Shown: positions 26,277-32,000 of the stretch, piece after piece
Position numbering within the stretch: the stretch's first letter is position 1
Layout: the number at the start of each line of letters is the position of its first letter
Source: Coprobacillaceae bacterium
Lineage (GTDB): Bacteria > Bacillota_I > Bacilli_A > Erysipelotrichales > Coprobacillaceae
Direction: 5' to 3'
NCBI GenBank assembly: GCA_963675515.1
Contig: OY776328.1
Coordinates: forward strand, 210,001 to 242,000
Length of the DNA stretch: 32,000 bases
Translations under genes and position numbers: made by a program
The notes under the pieces: generated by a model
The model's input: the letters and a program-made list of their open reading frames with translations, nothing else
Database searches by the model: none
What the model was told of the DNA's origin: nothing

Positions 26277-28054
26277 AGTTCTTTGATTTTTTTGGCCGTC
26301 AGTTGGCGCAAATATTTGGGCAGGTCCTTGTTGTATGGTAATAGCTTTCTGATTTCGACCTCATCACTTGGATCGATGCTTGGTAATCTTTCCAATACGT
26401 ACTCCATGTACATGTATGCTGACAACCCATTCTCTTCGGCACTAAGTAGTAACGAGTAAATGATTGCCGCAGCTTGGGCTCCTTTGGGGCTGGTATAGAA
26501 CTTGCAGCGATTTCTAGATACCACAAATGGTCTGATAACTCTCTCGGCGCTTGAATTGTCGAACGGAACTTTTGGATTATTGAATACTTCACGGAATTCC
26601 TTCTCATGGTTCAATTCGTAATTAATTGCCGTGATCAACGTAGGTTTCATATTCACTTCAGGTAGCATGATTATTTCTTTGAGGTACGCTAAAAAATTGT
26701 CATAAATAGGCTTTACGATATCATTTCGGCCCTTATGAACATACTCAAAATATTTAACTGGATTTTTGCAGTGTTTTGACTTAGCGGTCGTTTCAATCTT
26801 GTTTTTTGCTTCGAATATTTTCTGGTAATAACGATAGCACGTATATTCGTAACTTTTGCTTTTATCACTACCTTTTGGCAATACCTCAAGGGCTTTACGG
26901 AAATAACGGAAGGCGTGGACGTGGCAAAAACAGTTGGTGACATTATCAAGGGCCTCGTAGGCCCCATATGCATCGGTTACCAGGTAGTTCGAATAATCTC
27001 CGATGAAATCTTCGACAACACGTTTTGAGCGAGTGGGATCATAACGATATAAGATGATCGGCACATCATATTGGCAGGTTCTTACCACCCACATGTAGGA
27101 TTTACTTTGAGCCGTCTTGCCCTCTTCATTTAAAATTTGGGTCGTGGTTTCGTCGCAGTGTATCACATTCATGGCCAACAGATCCTTGCGCATGCATTCG
27201 AACAGTAAACCCAGATGTACCGAGGCTTTAATCATCCAATTGGCCATATTTTGTCTAGGGATGACAACATCATTCTCCAGGAATCGTTTTTCCTGAGCGG
27301 CCAGGGGCAAACCCTTCAAATATTTCATATCCATTATATTCGCAATCAGCGAAGGTGAAGCAATGCTCCCCTTGATGACAGGTTGTCTGCCCGGAACTCT
27401 TTTATAAGATGACTTGCCGTCCAGGTTATGTTCCTGGCAAGCAACACATTCGTATACTGGAGTACGGTATATATTCATTTCCACTTTGGCTGGGGTATAG
27501 ACGAGTTCCTTTCTTTCATCGTACTTTTTTATTTTCATGGTTGTACCACAAAGGTCGCAGACATCGAAATTTTCTGGTGTCGGCTCGTCAATGATATTGG
27601 TTTTTAGGTGATCGTAGTTAATGTGCTTTTCTTTAGGGATTCTTACTTTTCTTTTGTACCCTTTGATTTCCTTGACTTCTATTTCTTCAGTCTCAGTTAC
27701 CACACCAAAATCGATACCAATCAGACTGAAAAGGTCGGGACCTTGATTGTATTCTTTTATATTATTTCTCTGAGAGGAATATCGGGCGTTTTCTAATATC
27801 TTGATATATTCGTTTTTCTGTTGCAGTTCCAATTTGCGTTCGTTGATTTCACTAATCAGCTTCTTATTTTCGGCGATCAAAGTCTTTTCTTTAGCAGTGA
27901 ATTTCTTTTCTTTGGCAGCCAACAACTCATTTTCTTTGATAAGTTTAACTTTTGAAATACGGTCGGATTCGATTTTCTCACAAAGCTCTTTTTCTCTATT
28001 TTTGAAAGCAGCAATCAGCTCTTCTTTAGACATATTTTCCATCAGCTTTATCAT
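26249..28054 (-). CDS. tnpC: IS66-family transposase TnpC (DDE)
   Basis: An N-terminal coiled coil is followed by the zf-IS66 motif CDLCG...CVACQ and a long DDE_Tnp_IS66-like core (HCDETT..., YMWV). Start set at ATG 28054 (GAGGTGG RBS); the ORF-track start at 28090 is possible. Confidence 0.9.
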   Translation of the reverse strand: MIKLMENMSKEELIAAFKNREKELCEKIESDRISKVKLIKENELLAAKEKKFTAKEKTLIAENKKLISEINERKLELQQKNEYIKILENARYSSQRNNIKEYNQGPDLFSLIGIDFGVVTETEEIEVKEIKGYKRKVRIPKEKHINYDHLKTNIIDEPTPENFDVCDLCGTTMKIKKYDERKELVYTPAKVEMNIYRTPVYECVACQEHNLDGKSSYKRVPGRQPVIKGSIASPSLIANIMDMKYLKGLPLAAQEKRFLENDVVIPRQNMANWMIKASVHLGLLFECMRKDLLAMNVIHCDETTTQILNEEGKTAQSKSYMWVVRTCQYDVPIILYRYDPTRSKRVVEDFIGDYSNYLVTDAYGAYEALDNVTNCFCHVHAFRYFRKALEVLPKGSDKSKSYEYTCYRYYQKIFEAKNKIETTAKSKHCKNPVKYFEYVHKGRNDIVKPIYDNFLAYLKEIIMLPEVNMKPTLITAINYELNHEKEFREVFNNPKVPFDNSSAERVIRPFVVSRNRCKFYTSPKGAQAAAIIYSLLLSAEENGLSAYMYMEYVLERLPSIDPSDEVEIRKLLPYNKDLPKYLRQLTAKKIKELKKGIQRQK

Positions 28055-28154
28055 CGAAATCCACCTCGTTTCTCTTTGAGAGTATACCATAAAAATGGCT
28101 GTAAGTCTTGATTTTACGGCAATTTCTTAAAGATGTGAATAACTTAAAAAGATA

Positions 28155-29528
28155 GGCCTTTCGCTGTTTACTATGGGTAAGCAGTAGTATAGCCTCTTGT
28201 GCTTCTAGTTAAAATGACCTAAAATTGTATCCATAAACTACTAACGATAACGAGGTAATGAATATGGATACTTTGGACTTATTTACAAAAGCCCTTAACT
28301 TAGGTGAACCTTGGGCTGTTTCTGATGTCAATTTTTTGGATACCGACAAGGGAATGGAATTGCATATAAATATCAGTTTCAAAAAGGGCGGTAAGTTCCC
28401 TTGTCCGGTTGATGGTTGTAATGGGAGCGGCACTGCATACGATACAACCAAACGGACCTGGAGACATCTTAATTTCTTCCAATACAAAACATTCATCCAC
28501 GCTGACTTGCCACGGGTAAATTGCAATGATCACGGTCCTCAAACTGTTCAAGTACCATGGGCAAGACCGGGATCAGGTTTCACCCTGCTTTTTGAAGGCT
28601 GGGTAGTAGAGCTGTCTAAGCATCTTCCGGTTTCTCGAATTGCCCAAATGATCGATGAGCATGATACGCGGCTGTGGCGCTTCATCAAGCATTACGTCAA
28701 TGAGGCTCGTAAACTAGAAGATTATTCAGATGTTACAGCCATCGGTATCGACGAAACAAGCAAGAAAGGCCACAACTACATCACAGTTGCCGTTGACCTT
28801 GTAAAGCGCAAGGTAATCAACGTTACTCCAGGAAAAGACTCTAAAACAGTGGATAATTTCGTCGTGGACTTCAAGGAACATGGCGGTGATCCTGACCTTA
28901 TCAACATCATTACCTGCGACATGTCGTTAGGATTCAAAAAAGGCATCAGAGAGAACTTCAAAAACAGCAATACAGTTATCGATAAATTTCATGTGGTAAA
29001 ACACGCCAACGAGGCAGTAGACAAAGTTCGTAAAGATGAAGTGCGCACAAATTTCTTATTAAAGAAAACAAAGTACATTTGGCTAAAGAATGAGAGTAAC
29101 TTGACCGATAATCAAAGGCAAAAGAAATTTGATTTAGCCAAGTTAAACCTAAAGACAGCCAGAGCCTACAATATGCGCCTCGCACTACAAGATGTTTATG
29201 AATCCAGCAACACCGTTGAAGAGGCGACCAGAGGACTCAAAAAACTGTGCTCATGGATGATGCATTCCAGACTAGAACCAATGAAGAAATTCGCGAAGTT
29301 AATCCGCAATCACTGGGATGAAATTCTCAACTATTTCCGGTTCAGGTACACCAATGCCATCCTAGAGGGAATGAACAGTATTATCCAAAACATCAAGACT
29401 AGGGCAAGAGGATTTCGGAATGATGAATACTTCAAAATACTAATATATTTGGTGTGTGGAAAGCTCAATCTTGAAGTGGTTGTCGCAAAGGGTTGATAGC
29501 AGCTACCCACACCAAACAGCGAACAGCC
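28155..29528 (+). mobile_element. ISL3-family insertion sequence (1374 bp) nested between IS66 tnpB and tnpC
   Basis: 25-bp IRs match 20/25: GGCCTTTCGCTGTTTACTATGGGTA (28155-28179) and the reverse complement of TACCCACACCAAACAGCGAACAGCC (29504-29528). The 8-bp target duplication AAAAGATA is at 28147-28154 and 29529-29536. Confidence 0.9.
28258..29496 (+). CDS. ISL3-family transposase
   Basis: The N-terminal zinc-finger-like region (CPVDGCNGSGTAYD...WRHLN), GIDETSKKGHNYITV, and the C-terminal TNAILEGMNSIIQNIKTRARGFRN are hallmarks of ISL3/DDE_Tnp_ISL3. ATG 28264 has better RBS spacing and is an alternative start. Confidence 0.9.
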   Translation: MNMDTLDLFTKALNLGEPWAVSDVNFLDTDKGMELHINISFKKGGKFPCPVDGCNGSGTAYDTTKRTWRHLNFFQYKTFIHADLPRVNCNDHGPQTVQVPWARPGSGFTLLFEGWVVELSKHLPVSRIAQMIDEHDTRLWRFIKHYVNEARKLEDYSDVTAIGIDETSKKGHNYITVAVDLVKRKVINVTPGKDSKTVDNFVVDFKEHGGDPDLINIITCDMSLGFKKGIRENFKNSNTVIDKFHVVKHANEAVDKVRKDEVRTNFLLKKTKYIWLKNESNLTDNQRQKKFDLAKLNLKTARAYNMRLALQDVYESSNTVEEATRGLKKLCSWMMHSRLEPMKKFAKLIRNHWDEILNYFRFRYTNAILEGMNSIIQNIKTRARGFRNDEYFKILIYLVCGKLNLEVVVAKG

Positions 29529-29581
29529 AAAAGATATAAAAGAAACCCACAAATTATTGTGAATTACTCCTATATCTTTCG

Positions 29582-29941
29582 CTAAATTATTACTGAAATA
29601 TCCTTGAACGCCCGCTTTTGTTCAATCTCCAGACCATCAAGCAGCCAGTTTAGCTGCCGCAAGTCAACGGTCATCGAGCTGATCTCATCTTGGGCCTTGG
29701 GCCAATAGAATCGATCAGTGTTCAACAGCTTCTTGGAGTGGATGACAAAACCGTTTTTATCAAACTCCAACATCTTGATTGTCCGCTTGTTCCGGCTACA
29801 AAATATGTAGAGATTATTGGCGGTTGGATCCAGGTAAAGATTGTGGCTCACCATGGCGCTCAATCCCGCATAACTTTTTCTTAAATCCGTTGCTCCGGGT
29901 ACCAGATAGATATTGTCGAAGTACTCAAATTTAATCTTCAT
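29582..29941 (-). CDS. tnpB: IS66 Orf2 (TnpB) accessory protein
   Basis: GATDLRKSYAGLSAMV...LYIFCSRNKRTIKMLEFDKNGF...RFYWP...QLNWLLDGL matches the IS66 Orf2 family pattern. It overlaps the tnpA 3' end by 11 nt. Confidence 0.9.
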   Translation of the reverse strand: MKIKFEYFDNIYLVPGATDLRKSYAGLSAMVSHNLYLDPTANNLYIFCSRNKRTIKMLEFDKNGFVIHSKKLLNTDRFYWPKAQDEISSMTVDLRQLNWLLDGLEIEQKRAFKDISVII

Positions 29942-30263
29942 CGAGCAACCTGATAAGCTTGGCCAAAGTCACCAAATCCGTTGAATCATCAACTTTGATG
30001 CAGGCTTTACCGATGACGATTTCAAAACCATCATTCCGGATAGTTGGAACGCAGTCGACTAAGCTAAGTTTTACCAGCGGGCTGTTGACTTCGTTGGCAC
30101 ATTCGCTTACCCTGGATCTTTTCCGATACAGCTTCGAATATTTGTGGTAGCAAAAGGCATTAAAAGAAACGTCATTGGCTAAGCACCATTTCTTGATTGG
30201 TAAATCACTATTGGTGGCATCTTCGAAAAACTGATGCCACTGGTCCTGAGAATATTGATTCAT
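29931..30263 (-). CDS. tnpA: IS66 Orf1 (TnpA) accessory protein
   Basis: It is the first gene inside the right IR and overlaps tnpB. GGAGGTG RBS lies before the ATG at 30263. Small HTH-like protein. The assignment is positional. Confidence 0.7.
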   Translation of the reverse strand: MNQYSQDQWHQFFEDATNSDLPIKKWCLANDVSFNAFCYHKYSKLYRKRSRVSECANEVNSPLVKLSLVDCVPTIRNDGFEIVIGKACIKVDDSTDLVTLAKLIRLLDED

Positions 30264-30860
30264 ATCACACCTCCAAGTTGATGTGATCATTGTATCAACA
30301 AAAAGAAAGGAATCCTACCACCGCTCTATTTGGCGCGTACATTCAAACATGGTTGGGGTCTCGACAATATATCGCTCAGAAGTGAATTTCAAGTCGGATT
30401 TCAATAATCAAAAATCCCGGGTCTATGAAATTGACGTATATAAGCTTTGCCTTTGGTAATTTGGGATCATTGGGACGGAGAACGATGAGGATATCAGGTC
30501 TAAATGGAAGCTGTCCAGCTAATTCTATTGATGCGATCCGGACCTTTACAATGAGCTAATCGCTGGTTTGGTTCTTACATTCTGCCGAGGATGCAACTGG
30601 AAGACTTTATACCCAAGCACCTCATGTGATATATAGTGAATTAGCTTCGCGAGAGCCTATCCAGCTTCCTGGCCATAATTACAACATCGAAGGCACCGTC
30701 TACCTGACGAAAGTGGAATGCGGATAAAGACCAAAATCAGTTGAGACCAATAATTCTGGCTTCGCAAATTAATCTTGAGCTTTGGACAACGTACAAGACG
30801 AAAAGAAAAGCTCCAATCGACATTTGAAGACGACCAGAGCGTTTGTAACGAAAGTGAATC

Positions 30861-31370
30861 TTATTTGTCGGTCGATCCCATGCCACCGTCTCTGACATTC
30901 TCGCAAATGTCATCTTCAACAATTCCAAAAGGAAGGAATATTCCCTGTGCGAACCCCTGAAGCTTTTCGATTGACATTATCTTGCCCTCGTTGGAATCAT
31001 TGGTTATTTTGATGAAAATATGACCCTCGTTGCTTGAATCGTAGTAGTCGGCGTCAATTATCCCTACGGTATTGTTGAGCTGCAAGCGGAATTTGAAGCC
31101 CAGCCCGCTGCGGGGGAAGACACCAAGAAACCAGCCATCTCTGATTTGCACCCGGATCCCTGTGGGAATCTTTATCGTCTCCCCTGGAGCCAGGGAAAAG
31201 TTCAGCGGCGATAGAATATCGTAACCTGCCGATCCCTTGGTAGCTCTTTTTGGCAATTCCAGTATCTGATAAATTGACAAAGCTTCCTCCCGGGAAACTG
31301 GGAATGTGTCCAGATAATCAGTGACAAACCGCTCTTGTGACACAAATTCGAATTTTGCGACTCTTTCCAT
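30861..31370 (-). CDS. dut: dUTP diphosphatase (trimeric dUTPase family)
   Basis: The five dUTPase motifs are present: KGSAGYDI, PRSGLG, GIIDADYY, and the C-terminal RDGGMGSTDK. AGGAGG RBS (reverse complement at about 31377-31382). Confidence 0.9.
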   Translation of the reverse strand: MERVAKFEFVSQERFVTDYLDTFPVSREEALSIYQILELPKRATKGSAGYDILSPLNFSLAPGETIKIPTGIRVQIRDGWFLGVFPRSGLGFKFRLQLNNTVGIIDADYYDSSNEGHIFIKITNDSNEGKIMSIEKLQGFAQGIFLPFGIVEDDICENVRDGGMGSTDK

Positions 31371-31559
31371 AATACAACCTCCTAGACTTGTTGTGCTATT
31401 TGAGATTCTACCATGAAACAGGTTTTATTGAAAGGCAGTGCTGTTGAAAAATTGAAATTGAGATTCAAACCGGCAGTAAATCCTTCTCAATTGCTGATAA
31501 AAATAGATTTTAGTTTAGTGCAATAATTGCGTAAAAGTATTAAAATCAAAGGTTGATTA

Positions 31560-31568
31560 TGATATAAT
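31560..31568 (+). promoter_or_regulatory. Extended -10 promoter element upstream of soj
   Basis: TGaTATAAT, 30 nt upstream of the soj ATG. Confidence 0.5.
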
Positions 31569-31597
31569 TTTTTAGATAGAATAACTTGGAGGTTATT

Positions 31598-32000
31598 ATG
31601 ACAAAAACGATAGCAATTACAAACCAAAAGGGCGGTGTTGGTAAGACCACTACGTGTGTAAACTTATCGGCAGCGTTATGCCGGTTAAAGTATAAAGTCC
31701 TCTTAATAGATACTGACCCTCAAGCGAATGCGACTCAGGGTATTGGAACGAACCGTGACGAATTGGAGCTGTCAACCTATGACATTTTGATGGGAAATGC
31801 CGACATCAATGACGTTATAAAGAAAACGTATATTGAAAACCTCGACATATGCCCGGCTTCAATCGAGCTTGCCGGAGCAGACATCGAACTTTCAAATGTG
31901 AAAGTGGGACGGGAGCAACGGTTGAAAAATGCGATCAAGGAATTGAAAAAGGAATATGATTACATCATCATCGATTGTCCTCCCGCATTGGGGCTTTTGA
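31598..32000 (+). CDS. soj: ParA/Soj chromosome-partitioning ATPase, 3' end cut by the window edge
   Basis: It is absent from the ORF track because no stop is reached. GGAGG RBS, ATG 31598, deviant Walker A IAITNQKGGVGKTTT, then LLIDTDPQANAT and IIIDCPPALG. Confidence 0.9.
   Translation, partial: MTKTIAITNQKGGVGKTTTCVNLSAALCRLKYKVLLIDTDPQANATQGIGTNRDELELSTYDILMGNADINDVIKKTYIENLDICPASIELAGADIELSNVKVGREQRLKNAIKELKKEYDYIIIDCPPALGLL

Larger units (their letters stand above)
26185..30340 (-). mobile_element. IS66-family element (tnpA-tnpB-tnpC) interrupted by a nested ISL3 element
   Basis: Terminal IRs match 21/23: GTAAGCGTCAAATAGAGCGGTGG (26185-26207) and the reverse complement of CCACCGCTCTATTTGGCGCGTAC (30318-30340). 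The 8-bp target duplication ATTCAAAC is at 26177-26184 and 30341-30348. Length without the ISL3 insert and its duplication is 2774 bp, typical for IS66. Confidence 0.9.

Noticed and set aside
26220-26459. 79-aa + strand ORF at the left end of IS66
   Set aside because: It is antisense to the 3' end of tnpC and begins inside the terminal region of the IS. There is no RBS.
28158-28165. CTTTCGCT repeated at 28158-28165 and 29576-29583, first considered as the ISL3 target duplication
   Set aside because: With those as boundaries the adjacent ends do not form inverted repeats. The AAAAGATA duplication (28147-28154 and 29529-29536) is flanked by a 20/25 GGC-initiated IR pair, so CTTTCGCT is a coincidence. 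The left copy is part of the left IR.
30411-30426. Another CCCGGG-centred sequence (AAAATCCCGGGTCTAT) as a possible NBS
   Set aside because: Only the central hexamer and one flanking base match the NBS consensus, so there is no palindromic arm.
31284-31299. TTCCTCCCGGGAAACT in dut as a possible NBS/parS hybrid
   Set aside because: Only the right half-site (GGGAAAC) matches. The left half is unrelated, and ParB-family sites are palindromic.
1-32000. CRISPR arrays, tRNA/rRNA genes, tandem repeats, and defence or biosynthetic clusters
   Set aside because: I saw no regularly spaced direct repeats, no cloverleaf-like or rRNA-like segments, and no unexplained multi-gene block. Every ORF of 140 aa or more is accounted for by a housekeeping or IS function, except the 151-aa unknown at 19104-19559.

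Overview
This 32 kb window is mostly a housekeeping chromosomal segment of a low-GC Gram-positive (Bacillota-type) genome, roughly 40% GC by eye. Almost all core genes are on the + strand. All calls come from reading the sequence and recalling family motifs; no database search was run.

Gene order:
- MTHFR domain gene (5' end cut by the window edge), then the glmS ribozyme and glmS.
- A ~1406-aa fused HgdC-like double-ATPase / dehydratase-like protein, then a SanA/DUF218 protein.
- An IS110-family element.
- A Cthe_2159-like beta-helix lipoprotein, O-acetylhomoserine sulfhydrylase, and a split chrA pair.
- rnmV-rsmA-ispE, then glmU-prs, then a 151-aa unknown.
- tatD, a YabE-like G5/3D protein, and mnmG-rsmG-noc.
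- A ~6.4 kb accessory islet.
- soj/parA, truncated at the window end.

The islet holds an NTF2/SnoaL-like gene, a 42-aa ORF, an IS66 element, decayed sequence and a minus-strand dUTPase. The IS66 element (tnpA-tnpB-tnpC) itself carries a nested ISL3 insertion.

I found no convincing new multi-gene system such as a defence locus, CRISPR array or biosynthetic cluster. The observations most worth a second look are:
1. Two Noc-binding-site-like CCCGGG palindromes. One is a perfect 16-bp hybrid between the parS and NBS consensus sequences. The Noc homologue encoded here lacks the N-terminal extension I recall for B. subtilis Noc.
2. An IS110 element whose 183-nt non-coding left end is a candidate bridge RNA.
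3. The nested ISL3-in-IS66 insertion, where both inverted-repeat pairs and both 8-bp target duplications can be read directly.
4. A G9 homopolymer inside the giant activase-like gene.
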